From Phyllosticta citribraziliensis (taxonomy: Eukaryota): DNA of 64,000 nt. Of this stretch, positions 48,414 to 61,202 are shown piece after piece. The notes beneath the pieces were generated by a model that had not been told where the DNA came from, searched no databases, and saw only the letters and a program-made list of their open reading frames with translations. The stretch's first letter is position 1, and every line of letters begins with the position of its first letter. The stretch is taken from the NCBI RefSeq assembly GCF_038025025.1, contig NW_027117338.1, positions 806,001-870,000 of the forward strand, read 5' to 3'. The translations under genes and the position numbers were made by a program.

Positions 48414-50556
48414 ATGGAGGGCGGCAAATCAACACCAGTCTCCGATCATCCTGATCTCGGGCGGACTGAGATCCAAAAAGTCACCGTTACCCATGAGGAC
48501 GAGACCAATGAAAGCCCGACAGGCACACAGCCCAGAGGGCCTCAGTCTCTGACGGTGGCTGATGAGGGTTCGAGCAGAGAAAGCACGAAGCATACACGAA
48601 CCGCGAGAACTCGGCCTCCTTTGAGAACTCGAAATGTTCCTCCTGTCGCAAACGCCTGTTCAGTCCCAGACGACCCTCCCACTCTCCCCGAGACCACAGT
48701 TTCCGCTCGAGACTTCGGCGAGATGCCTTTGAAACCCAGATCTTCGTCCCAGGGAGATGAAGAGCTTCCAGCTATCCCAGAGGAGCCCAGGCTGTGCTTA
48801 TATCCCAGTAACAACGCTTCTGCATTCTCACAACGCAATGGTTCAATTAGAAGGAGAAGACGAGGCACGTTGGCGAATCGTAGGGGCACAGTAGCCTCAG
48901 TCGAACCTCCCGGTGGCATCTCACTTGCTGGATCCTCTGACTTGCCCGCTTTGGCAACTCATCAACCCTACGTCGAACCAGGTTATGCCGATCTTAATCC
49001 GGCTTATGAGCAGCCAGTCAACTCTAGGCCGGTATGGGGTCTCGCAAAGCCATTGCCCCGCGTCGTGCGGCCCAGCATGGTTCCACAAGAAGACGAGCAG
49101 GAGGTATCCGGAGATGCCGACGGCGGTAATCAAGCTTTCTCCGATTCTGATCTCGAAAAGGGCCAAGTTGAGCCAACCTTCAACGTGGGAAAGATTTCAA
49201 ACCAGCTGCGTGGCGCAAGAGAGCGGCGAGAGAGTAACTTTCTGCAACGCTGGGGCTCAAGGAACTCCGCAACCGACCGGTTTGGTTCTATTTCAGCAGC
49301 ATTGTCTCCTGGAGAGCGACCAGTAAGATTTGCTCCTGGTCGAAGTTCTGGAGGTGAAATTGGTTGGGATAGACGACGTTCGTCGTCTTACTTCCCCCGA
49401 TCGCACACGCCCTTTAACTTGGCATGCTCTCCCGGCTACTTTGGCCAAAGGACAGGCGAGACAGAAGAGGTTCGCTTTCCGGATAATGCATCCACAACAA
49501 CGACAGAGCACGACTTGCACGACGAGGAGAAGGATTGGTCAGAAGATGAGGTGGACCTCAAGCCTTATATACCTGAGGATGAGGTTCATAACAATCACAC
49601 GCATTGGTCAGTGATTCGGACACGTTTTCGGGAGCCTTTTGCCGAATTTCTAGCAGTCAGTTACCATACCACCGCTCAATCCTGTGGCGACTGAAACTGA
49701 CTTCTCCAACCTCAAGGTCGTAGTTCAGTTGACGCTCGGATTTTGTGCAGATTTGACTGCCATCACCTCCAACTCCGTAAATGGAAATGCTGCTACTAAC
49801 TACTTTGCGTGGGGTTTCGCCACGATGTTGGGTATCTACATTGCAGGTGGCATATCCGGTGCTCATCTCAATCCGGCAGTTTCGCTCACGCTCTGGATGT
49901 TTCGCGGCTTTCCACTGCGAAAAGTACCCGGATACATATTCGCTCAGATACTGGGCGCTTTTGTTGCAACACTCATTGCATTTGGCATCTACCAAGACAT
50001 AATTCTCTCGTGGGGCGGTACGGACCTAGGTGCGGGAGGCACAGCGGCGGCATTTTTGACTTACCCCCGCAGCGTCGACATCGATACGGCCTTCTTCACA
50101 GAATTTGTGGGAACTGCTATACTCACCATCGCTATCCTTGCCTTAGGCGACGACACCAATGCGCCACCCGGCGCTGGCATGTCGGCATTGATTATGGGAC
50201 TTGTCATCACCGTGGAGTGCATGGCCTTCAGCAACAACACTGGATGTGCCATGAATCCGAGCAGAGACTTGGGCCCACGGCTAGCTTTGCTTGCGTTGGG
50301 CTACGGTGCAGACCTGTTTCGAAACACATGGTGGTTCTACGGTCCATGGGGGGCAACGCTGACAGGCGCATTCGTTGGGGCTCTGTTATACGATGGACTA
50401 ATTTTCGTCGGCGGGGAGAGCCCCGTCAACTATCCGGGGGCCAGATTCAAGAGAGCTGAAAAGATGTGGAGGGAAGAATGGGCTCGCAGGCTGAAGATCG
50501 AGCGGTTGCGCACGCCCCCAAAAGACGGCACTGAAAGAACGGCAGCAGGAACCTGA
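48414..50556 (+). CDS. Aquaglyceroporin (MIP family) with long N-terminal extension, Yfl054c-like
   Basis: SGAHLNPAV and AMNPSRDLGPR (NPA/NPS followed by the GLP-type Asp); N-terminal PVWGLAKPLPR motif. Intron 49656-49716. Confidence 0.92.
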
Positions 50557-50660
50557 CATGTATTGTCTCCTGTCCGCTGCCCGGACTTGTATCTGCTTCT
50601 CAATGTCAAACCTCTCCGTCGATGGCAAGCAGTCCTCCAAAAATCCAATAACCTTTCAAC

Positions 50661-51906
50661 TCACCATCCCTTCCACGGGTACCAAATCTCTCTCACCACG
50701 TCTTGCTCGTCTACGACAAAGTAGTAGTAATGCGCTGCTGCTGTGATGCATGCGTGCTGCACATGCAAAAACACCAAATCTCCAACCTTGAATGCGTCCT
50801 CGGCCTTGCTCTTTTTGCCTTCCTCGGCATGATTGACCAGAATTCCGTGCTCCTGACTGACCCGCCCAACATGCCACTCCGAGTTCCCAACCACCCTTCC
50901 GTACCCGGGAATCGGGCCCGGCTCCCTTGCAAGAGCGATACAACCGGCATTGACAAGGGCCTCGTTGCGCTCAGGATACACGCTACAGACCTCGGAGAGG
51001 ATGCGGATCGCCTGATCATTCTCGTCAATACAGCCCGTACCCAGCTGCTGCAAGTCGTTGGCGGGGAAGTTGCCGGCGTGAAGTTCAAGCGTCATGTGGG
51101 ACGGGAGAGACTTTTTCAGCGTATACACGACGTGCGCTGTTGGCGTGGAACCAAAAGAAATGACGACGGGCGTGTCCGGCTTCTCCATGAGAGCGGTGGC
51201 TTCCACAGCAGCATTGACCTCGTCGTGCAGGACTTCCGCAGCTGCTTCCTTGCTGCGAGAGCCGTACGAGTGCCCTGCGTGGCAATAGAAGCCGTAGATG
51301 GAGACGGCGGGGGAGGATTCAATGCGGTTGATCAGAGGCTTGAGATGTGGCGACGCGAGAGGCTTGCCGGCTCGTTGCGTTCCCATGTCGATTTTGATGA
51401 AAGCGCTCCATGGAGTAGAGACAGCGTTGGCTTCGGCAAACTTTTCGAGTGCGTCGATTTGGGACTCGTGATCAATCATCACGAGAACCTTGACGGTTTT
51501 CGAGTACTCCAGAAGTTGAGGAAGCGCGCCAGGCCGGACAGGCAGGCCATAGAGCACTTCGTCCAGAAGGCCTTCTTTGGCGAGAGGGAGAAGACCTCGG
51601 ATTTCTCGTAAGGTCGAAGCGACGCATCCTCTGGCAGCATCTCCGAGCATCAATCGAGTCACCTCTTCGGACTGCGCTGCTTGGTCAGCTGGCTGGGTTT
51701 GTTTGGTGGCTATCTCAAAGGCTCAAAAATACCTTGAGAGTCTTGACATGCGGTCTAAATTTGATTCCCAAGCTTTTGACATCTTCGTGTAGGCGTTGGC
51801 AGTTTCTTTGCACAATCGGCTTGTTCAGGACAAATGCCGGGGTTGGCAAATCGATCGCCGGCTTGCCGATGAAGCTCTGGAGGAATTCTTGCTGTACATC
51901 AACCAT
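50661..51906 (-). CDS. DSD1: D-serine dehydratase (PLP-dependent, fold type III, Dsd1-like)
   Basis: LPTPA, FRPHVKT (PLP Lys), YCHAGHSY, GSTPT, SQEHGIL, HACITAA and C-terminal PWKGW. Intron 51672-51732. Confidence 0.88.
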
Positions 51907-52395
51907 TGCGCGAGATTCGTGTCTTTCTTTGGAGTGCAAACCTTGCGAAATCTCTTTCTTGGAAGCTTATATTTATATCGGCGATGCGGAGTTGGAGATG
52001 TGATCGGCTAAACGTGAAGCCCGCCGGTCGGCGACGTGTCATGTCATGAAGCGGGCGGCGGCTCATCTTTGTGCCCAACGAATAACATGACCTTTCGACC
52101 CTCGCCATCGTCAATTCCTCCTTACCACCGATTCGCAGCTTCAACGAAACATTGTATTTTCACATCCTATCTCTCGACACCAAGCCGAGTCAGGCCATTC
52201 TGTTCCGTGGCAAACATGGCAGGATCGGAGCCGAAGGAAGGAGCATTGAGAAAGCAGCAACCCGGTGGACGAACGTCAAATATTTTCCACTTCGCCTTTA
52301 CAAAGAGCCTGGATGCGTCTCGTATTTTCGCACTGTCCCCCTTCTACGGATTTTCATGTGCCATGCCTTGCAACGACTCTTGGATCACAGGTTCC

Positions 52396-54145
52396 TCACA
52401 ACATCGAGCCAGGACTTTGTCGACTTGTCCTCCCCAACCGATAGTTCAATCCCAAGATCAGCCCTGCAATGAGGGCCAACGTGACAACAGACATGAGAGA
52501 CATGGTCACGACGAATGATGTCCTTGAATGGAGGTCGTAATTCATCGACCAGAGAGACGTGCAGAATCCCAGCGGAAGGAATATGATGCTGATGTATGTC
52601 AAGTAGTTGACGTGCTCTCCGAGTCGATTTGCGTAGAGCGATGCGCGCGTTTGAGAAAGGTCGACGAGCTGCCCCATCCATCAGCCATTGATCCACCAGG
52701 AGTGCCAGGAGCTTACCAGCTGTCTCATGCTTTCCAGTTTCTCCCTTCTCTCCGCCAGACGAACGCTTATTCTCTTGAAGCTATTGATCTGCTTGTCGGC
52801 GAAGCTCCACAAAATGTCTTTCCACAAGCCTATCTGGTAACGTTCCTTGTCGGTGTTATGAGGTGGTGGTCTTCTGCTGAGCATCTCATTTTCATTTTCT
52901 TTCGTCAAATCTTTGAGTCTTTTCTCCCAGTCCCCCATGATGGCTCTTGCTTTCCCGTTGCGGAAATTGAGCCAAATGCCGTTGTTCTCATCCAGGATGT
53001 AGTAGAGACATTTCTCAAGAGTCTCGATATTCTTCGAAGCTCGGTATATCCGATCCAGTGTATCCAGGGACTCCTTCTGGAAGTAAGCAAAATTCGGCAA
53101 ATTGCCGTTCAACTCGTTTTCGATGTCATCGCAGACGCGATCCACATGCTCCATGTTCTTCTTCCACTGCTCAACCAAAATCGCAAAGAGCACAACTATG
53201 AGGTGCATCTGGAAGAAATAGGCGTTTTTGAACTTGCGCCATGGCTTGTCGTCGTTTTCCCAGTCAGTCCTTTTCCAGACCACGACTTGTGGCAACGCGT
53301 CGAAACGGCCTTCCAATAGCTCTTCAATCTTCTGCCCGGTGAGCACAAACTCGGGTGCAACAGCGAGAGCCACCCACTTGTCCCATTTGTACCTCTCTAT
53401 GGGCCTCTTTGCCACGCTGTAGTAGCGTTTCTCCGGCTCAAGGAAGACAGCAACCTACTGGCAAATCAGTCAAGGGGTTTTGAGGCTCCAGGTACGATAA
53501 TCACCGAAACCGCCTGTCTAATGAAGTAGACATCGTGCTTCTTGCTCTCCATTTTCAGCCTCTTGTTTCCACACGTCCCGCGAATCTTGATTCCTCTCCG
53601 CAAGTCATCCTGTTGAATTTCACACCGGCTTTTGGCGGTGTAAAATGGAACGTGGAACAAAAAGTCATCACTTTGCCAGTGGTTGGCATTGCCGTAAGCA
53701 TCAAAAACAAGCGGCTCCAAGCTAACGGCTCTGCGCAGATGTACCGAGATGTCTTCATCCACCGTGGGAAGCTCCGGGTCGTCATTCGATGTTGCAGCAC
53801 CAAATTTATCCAAATCAGAGTCGGGACGGACAACGCTGTAGATCATGCATGTCAGCTGAAGTCTAGGATACGTTTGACAGGATGCGAATCGGCTAATACT
53901 CACATCAAGCTTCTTTGAAAGCGTCGGAAGAGTGATTGTTGATCCTCGGGATATCTTCTGTCGCGTTTAGGATACTCCCGAGCGAGCCGACCCAAGCTAT
54001 CATGCGATCCAAAAACCTGGACATCTCCGTGCGTTTCCAAACCCGCGAGATCTGCCACGGATATGTCCTGGAGCGGCGCGATCGTTTTTGGCCGCCGCCT
54101 ACGGCGTTTCAACGACTGGAACTCCGCTGCTTGGTATGGATTCAT
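52396..54145 (-). CDS. Hypothetical protein with C-terminal CorA-like two-TM hairpin
   Basis: Four ORF pieces join in frame via GT-AG introns (~53836-53903, ~53455-53495/53510, ~52669-52715). A helical region precedes YLTYISIIFLPLGFCTSLWSMN and a second TM. Confidence 0.65.
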
Positions 54146-54666
54146 TGTCAGCGGAAGCTAGAAGAGAGAGACTGCATGCTGATTGAAAAAATCGCGTGGG
54201 GTAGTTCATGCATTGTCAGCTCGCCCCCAGCCACTCTCGTCGCACAAGTCTTCTCTGGGGGCCGGTGAGCCTTCCGCCTCATGGCAAAGCTTTCCATGCC
54301 GCGCGAGTTTCGGCTTGAGCGGCAGGTAATTTCGCATCCTCATTCATTGCATCTAAACTCTGAAAATAATGGCAGTATCGATCACCCGTCGAAGGCTGAG
54401 AGCGAGATGTACAGACAGGGAAGCAAACGGGCGACCAATCATGGAAGCAGGTAGCTGCAGCCCATCGTACCGCCAGCCTGGACGCGTAACCCGTGGCTCT
54501 GGCTCTTAGACAAGTTTTCTCAGAACGAAATGGAGCCCATACGCTGATATTCAGGTGATGGTTCATTGATTGATTACATGCGTTTTTGAGCCACCGATAT
54601 CATAATATTCTTCGTCATTTCTGCTTCCACTCGGACAGCCATTTAACGGACCATCCCGCTTCCGCA

Positions 54667-56745
54667 TTACGTGTAGAGGTGCCAGTCGTCGCCATACTCA
54701 AAGTCCCGATCCGAGCGGTTCACCTTGAGAAAAGTCTTGTTCGACTCGTACACGTTGAAATCCTGCGGACCCTCGGAGCTCACAATGTATCCCAACTCGC
54801 AAGCAGAGTAGGAGACTTTTGGCTGCTTGGCGAAGAAGGTGTCATACTCGGGCTTGAGGGCGTCCTTGAGGCTGCCCACGGCGCCACTGGGGAAGAGAGA
54901 GTTCCATGGCTCGGTGCAGACAACGCCCTTGCAGGACTTGAGCACCATAGTCAGGGTGTCCAGTCTGGCAATGACCTGGTCAAAACTGCGGCCCTCGAGA
55001 GTGTAGGTTGCGGACGTGCTGCTGTCTGCAGCCAGGTTGTGGATCTGGCCGGGGTCGGTGTTCACGTCGTAAAACTCGATTTCGTTGGTGCACCAGACGC
55101 TGTAGTAGAGGTTGTAGTCGTTTGAGATGAGACGGAGACCCTTGTACGTGTTGTTGTACATGTAGCGGGGGTTGTTGAATCCGTACAGACCTTCGGCCAG
55201 AGCAGTGCCCCAATACTCGACGCTGGTGTGCTCGTAAGTCTTGTTACCGGCAGCTCCCTTCGTAAGCGGGATGATCTTGCCATCAAGGGCTTTCGGCGCG
55301 CCGGCGAGGTTCAAGATGGTGGGTGCGAGGTCTGTGTGGCTGGTGACAATGTCGAGCTCCTTGTTGGCTTCGATACCAGGACCCCTGATCATCAGAGGAA
55401 TATGGATGTCCGTGTCAAATCCGCACTCCTTGCCCGGCGGAAGACGGTACTGAGAAATGTGGAAGCCGTTGTCAGTCGTGTAGACAATGTACGTGTTGTC
55501 CAAGACGCCAGCCTTGTCCAGTTTTTCAACCAAAGTCTCCACCATCTCGTCAACGGCCTGCAGCGCCCTCAATCGTGCACGTCCAAACTCATCGTAAGAT
55601 TCAATGACAGTCGAGTTGAGCTCTGGCAAGTGGGCCATCCAACTGACACCGCCCTGAATCTTAGCATTGAATCTCGTATCCCTCGGGATCGTGTAGTTGT
55701 TGAACAAGTGAGCGTGCCGCTCAGCGTATTCGGGGATTTGAAGAGAGGTGGCGTTGGTAGCGTTGTCGGTAACTTGGGTGGAGTGAGGCGCGATAGGAGC
55801 TGCAACCACAAACCAAGGCCTCTCGTCCGCAAGAGCTTCATCGAGGAAGCCTTGAATTTTCCCTGAGATAACATCGGTGGAATAGTTACCAGCGTAACTG
55901 ACTGGCTCAGCACCATTCCGCGTCATTTTTGCATCGTAGTACTTGTAAGTGTACCTGAAAAGTATCAGTCAAGACCCTGGCCAGCCCACAGCTGTACTTA
56001 CGGGTCGAGAAGGAAGTCCGATCCGTTGAAACCACCTGCATACGGAGAATCATAGTTGGAGGTCGTATGTCCATTCCACAACTTTCCAGAGTAGTAAGTG
56101 TTGTATCCGGTATTTTGCATCCATATTGGAAGATAGTTGTCATTCCAGCCTTCCGAAACGACCTTGGAATAACCGCCTGCGTTTGGTCAGATTTCGAGAT
56201 CGCACCGCTCGGTTTGAGTTGCTTACCCCACGGTGGTTTTACATCAGTCACTGTATGAGATTAGGTTCAATTCCTGTCGCAATTCGAAGATAAGCTTACC
56301 ATTGGTGTTATGTGCAGCATGGCCAGTCCATAGGTTTGCTCTGGACGGACAGCAAATTGCAACAGTACAGTGGTGTTGAGTGAAGGTAGTTCCTTGTTCA
56401 GAAATGTATTTCTGGGAATTCCGTTAATGCCTGTCATCATCACGTGTGGAATGCCAGCTGATGATTCAATGGTTGCTTCTCCGATGCGTGACCTTCGACT
56501 TAGTGCGGGGGCGTTGCAGTTGCAGCTGCCGCCTGCACTTGCTACAGCACCGCCTCGCGAAAAAAGAGGCTGAGCAGTTTCAGAAGCGAAGTTGTGGTAG
56601 GAATCCGACTCACCTTCAATTTGGGCATGTAATCCAGAGATCCCAAGTGAATGTCCTGGTCATCAGTGAGAATGAAAAGAATGTTGGGCTGTTTTGCAAA
56701 CGCCACAGCGCCGCTGAGCAACAAAAACGCCGAAGAGAACTTCAT
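54667..56745 (-). CDS. Secreted arylsulfatase
   Basis: Signal peptide, PNILFILTDDQD, CCPSR (CxPxR formylglycine motif, ~56340), YNTYYSGKLWNGH, APIAPH, YTTDNGFH. Several introns between 55.95 and 56.61 kb. Confidence 0.93.
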
Positions 56746-57667
56746 CTTTCTTTGCTCCTGCACGGCAAGGACTGGGGGGATTCAAAGCAGTGGGAAGGAT
56801 ACACGATGCAGACATTTTGGCCATTTATACCAAGCAACTTGTGGGACCGACTTCGCTGAGGCACGGCTTTCGCGTGCCTGATCCACGGATGGTCCCGACA
56901 TGGCGACACCGACACCAGGTCTGCCAGACCCACTGTGGAGGCACACAAGCATCTTGGGCACGAGCTAGGAAATGGTTGTCTGCGGTGGCTTCGTAGCGGT
57001 GAAAGTAGCGGTCTTGTTTCTCTTCTGAGTGGCGAGGCGCACGATGTGGTAAGAAAAAGTAACGAGAAGAGCGCTCAGTCAGCTCTGATTGCTTTCCTTT
57101 GCGGTGGGATCAGCTGTCACTTCTCAAATGATGAACATGTCGAGGCAAAGAAAGACATCATCTCATTCAGCTTGCGGACGTCACCTCGGCTACGCGCCTG
57201 ACAGCTTTCCCGAATCACCTCGAGCTGTACCATCAGGCTTGGTTGCGCAGCCTTACGCCGGTGGTGTTGAAAGATAACAAAGAGTGTGTCACTCAAATTC
57301 TGGTCGCCGAATGCTGTCACAACTGACGATTTGGCGGCATTTTGGTGGACTCGGACTGTCGTGATGCCGTTAGCGAATGGCGTCATGGATTGTTGACGAA
57401 AAGGGAAGGCCGTCATCTCGGACGCGGATCCCGGCGGGATCCCGGCCCGGGCGGGCTACTCCGAGCCTGCCCGGCGATCCGTCACTACCAAAACATTTTT
57501 TAACACGGTGAACATGGCAGGGACTACAGGTCATCGTTGATTTGATTTTTGGAAACCCAGCCTCGCTGGTAAGCACTCCAGAAATTGATACAGGATGTAT
57601 TCAAGAACAGATACAACACCCCCAAGCCACGCTCATGAATCGTCATGGTCATATTGAATATGTCAAA

Positions 57668-58579
57668 TCAACACTGCGGAACCTGCCCGACCTGACAGTT
57701 CTTGCTAGATCCAGAACCACCGCTCTGCGATCCAGAACCGGACTCCGAGGATTCACCTCCGCCACCTGTGCCCGACGACTCGACACAAATTCTTTCCACG
57801 TTGGTAGCGCAGGTGTTTTGGATTTTCGCCACTTAAAGAAGTCAGTACGGCGCGTGAAAGAAGGCGAGACGTCAAAATTACCATCGCCAAAGTTTGAATT
57901 AATGCCGACGAGCCTCTTCCCGTTTTGAGCCTTGACGCCCTGAAAGACGACGTTACGCTGGCCTTGCTGGCCGCCGCCACAGTTGCCGCAAGCTCTGTAC
58001 ATCGTGTCGAAACCAATGCAGATGAAGTTTTTGACGTACATGGTCCCTCGACCATTGAATTGAAGCTACATCTTGTCAGTTTATCATCTCACCGGGAACT
58101 CTTTGGCCACACGTACGACTTTGTCCGAAGCGCCTGTCGCGCCACCGCCATTGATAATCACGTCCCCGTTGCCTTTGCCGGTAATTGCGTCTGGAAGCCG
58201 GTCAGATTGTTGAATGCAAGATCATGAAAGGGCTTCCTAACGTACCTTCGCAGACTTTTTGGAACCAACAATTGTTCAGTGTGCAACCTCCCAAACAACG
58301 GATTCCCTCCTGGATATCCGGACCGATAATGACGTTGGACAATGTTCCCCCGGGCTGGACAACGAAAACTGCGTCCGCCCGACCTCCCTCTTTATTCGGT
58401 TGACATCTGAGACCCCTTCCAAACACCTTCATGCCGCCATCGTAATTCCCCTTCACGTTCATTGCTTGCTGAAGGGTTTGTTTGCCCTTTGCCTGAGGAA
58501 TCGGAAGTTGACGGCGCTCCAATCCTTCGGGGGCTGCCGTGACGACTCCGAGTAAAGCAAAGAAAGGCAGAACCTTCAT
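57668..58579 (-). CDS. Pectate lyase, polysaccharide lyase family 3
   Basis: Signal peptide plus ERR propeptide; YDGGMK, GGTLSNVIIG, VCEDAIT, GGGA..ASDKVLQFNG, YRACGNC, VGINSNFGD. Introns 58191-58245, 58066-58116 and 57832-57881; stop TGA at 57668-57670. Confidence 0.9.
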
Positions 58580-61202
58580 GGTCGATAGACGAAAAAAGAA
58601 TGCGAACAATGATCCGGAAAGACTGACTTGAGTGAAAGGGGACGAAAAGAGCGTCAATGGCAACACTGGATGAGGATGTGGGCAGTAGAGACGGAAAAGA
58701 GACAATGAATGCCTTACAAATTTGGCCACTCCATATTAAATAGTGTACAGATTCTACTTGTACAGTGCCATGAGGCTTTTCTTCAGGCTTCCCAAACGGT
58801 GAACTCCCCCGTCTCTAGCGTGCCGAGCGGTAGGCATTGTTCTCCATGATGTGCCCTTGGCAGAGTGGAGATCTACAGCCAAGGGATTCATATTGACGTG
58901 GGGGAGTTTAGGGGCGCGATGTGGAGAAGCCATCGAACAAAACCAGGCACGAAGAGCCGATTCGGAGTTTCCGTCGTTCGAAACGCGAGGAGTAACGATG
59001 AGCTGTTCGCACTTTTTCCGGAATACCCTCAGCGTACAGGTAGGCAAGCCAGATTTCCGTTGGTGTCCAAGTCTTTCGCAGGTATTGTGCCCAGAACCGA
59101 TTCCTTTCTTACTGATTCAGTAACGCGGATGATGTAGCAAATCCGAGATCTGAATGGTCACTGGCCAGTGCAGATTGATGACAGGAGTCTCCTGCTGTGC
59201 ATTGACCACTAAGAATGGTGTCCGCGTTCTGGGGGCTTCTGGGGCTGCTCCACTGAGTAATAGCACGCTAAGCAGGCTATGCCTCCCGCTCAGCAGTCCG
59301 CGATCACCCTGAGACAATAGTTGCAAGGCGATGGCCAGCCCGTTCCGCTGTCCGACGCGGCGCCAAGCTCTCGTCCCGCTGATGGTTGCCTCCTTGGACA
59401 CCTGGTGGTCACCTTCCACATCGTTGCTCATGTGCGTCAACGCTTTGAAACGCTGTTCGTAGAAACAACCGTGACCAGTAAGCTTGATCAGCCACCAGGC
59501 TTGCTAGCCGTTTTGGGAGCTCCGAGGTCGATTCGGCTGGGTTGCCGGCTGGGATAGACCCTTTTCCGCTGTGCTTAAAGTTTCGGGGCGCACAAGGCTG
59601 AATGCCTCCAACGCACTTGTCTAGGGTCGCTATCCTTGGCAGGAGGGCTCGTTCACACTTGAAGGAACGATGTCCGCAGTCCAGGGGTCCAACTAAGAAA
59701 GCGGACTGGCGTTTGCGTTCGAGTTTTGAGAGTTGAACAGAAGCAAGAGGAATCAATGGGTAGCCGAAACTTTGTTTTGTTCCAGCAATGCGAGAGAGGA
59801 AATGCAAGAAATGACAGAGCAGTCGACCGAGCTCTTGATTCGTAAGTCGTAACGTGAAACGGAACTATGCCATGCAAGCCATAACGGGGCGCATGGGGAC
59901 AGCCCGAAAGCCACGCGAGCTTAAAACAATGGAGACGTAATCAGACCTCGGAAGCTGGTCAGAATCTACCATTTCAATTGGACGTTCGAAAAGCGAGCAA
60001 GTTGTGCGCTGGTCTAAGCACCCTTTCCACACGGGGTTATTCCAGGCTGGAGTCCATCGAGACAGGTAGCTGCAGCAGTATCAGCTTCCGCTCATGATGC
60101 AACCAGACGGTTCCACTTCAGGATGCGAGCTCCATATGGAGAAGGCCGCAAATGCAAGTGCAGCCCAAGACGCCCGGGTTTTGCGAATCTCAAATCCAAA
60201 TACCTAGCGTCAAGAAAAGGCCAAGGCCTTGACTGTTCGGAAGATTCCTGGCCTGCCCGTCCGCTCTGACAAGCTTCTGGAAGTCGGCTCCTGGAAATCT
60301 TTGCGATGAGGGAACCACGACTCGACAGAAATGGCTTTCTCGGCAGCTCCACTGAACCATAGTATATCACTGATGTTGTAGGCCTAGGCAAGATGCATAA
60401 GAATTTTTCCGTGGATCCAACCTGACAACAGACCGCGAACTTCGCGGCCAGTCGCTCCAACTGCGGCCTTTTGTCAGGAATGATGTGCCTAGATCTCGAG
60501 CTGCCTGTTCAAGAGGGAAGTTAGCCAAGTTTCTCTCTACGATGCAGGTCGTTCCAGAGCAATCATCCCGGGGTCTTGTGCTTGCTGAATTTGATCAATC
60601 TCCTTTTTTTATGCTGACGTTCTTGCCAGACACTTGTTCTCGAAATTGCTGAACTTTTCCAAGAAATCGAAGTCAGCAAACATCTGAAAGCTTCGATGGT
60701 TTGATTTGCGACATAGCTTTACAACACAGCCTCGGGCTCAAGAAAATCTTTGGTTCAGGTCTCGCGCGGAGACTTGTGACAGCCAAGTCGGCTCTGAGTC
60801 GTGGAGGCGCGTCTCGAGAAATCAGATGTGTTGGCGAGGACGATGCGCCCTATCGCGCGCTGGAGATCTTGATCGAAGGGATGAGATTAAGTCAATGCGA
60901 GACCAGTGCTTTCTCCAGAATGGTTCGGGGTCTTTCGGAAAACTCGATCGCTTGGCTTTGCTCTGTCGTAGGTGATGAATCAAACTTCGAAGTCTTGAGC
61001 ATGAAGGTTGCAGTTTTTGCTGAAAGTTTGACTGGGGATAAGGAGAGAATGTCGCCCTGTCTTCAGGCCATCCGTATCCTTTGGCATGAATGAATTATCA
61101 AGAAGTGTCGTGCCTGCAGTCTCAGTGTAGCTGGGTTGGGTGGACCCAAAAATGTACATTGGTTCTTGAAAATATTTACCGTTGTCCACCGTCGCCTTTG
61201 GA

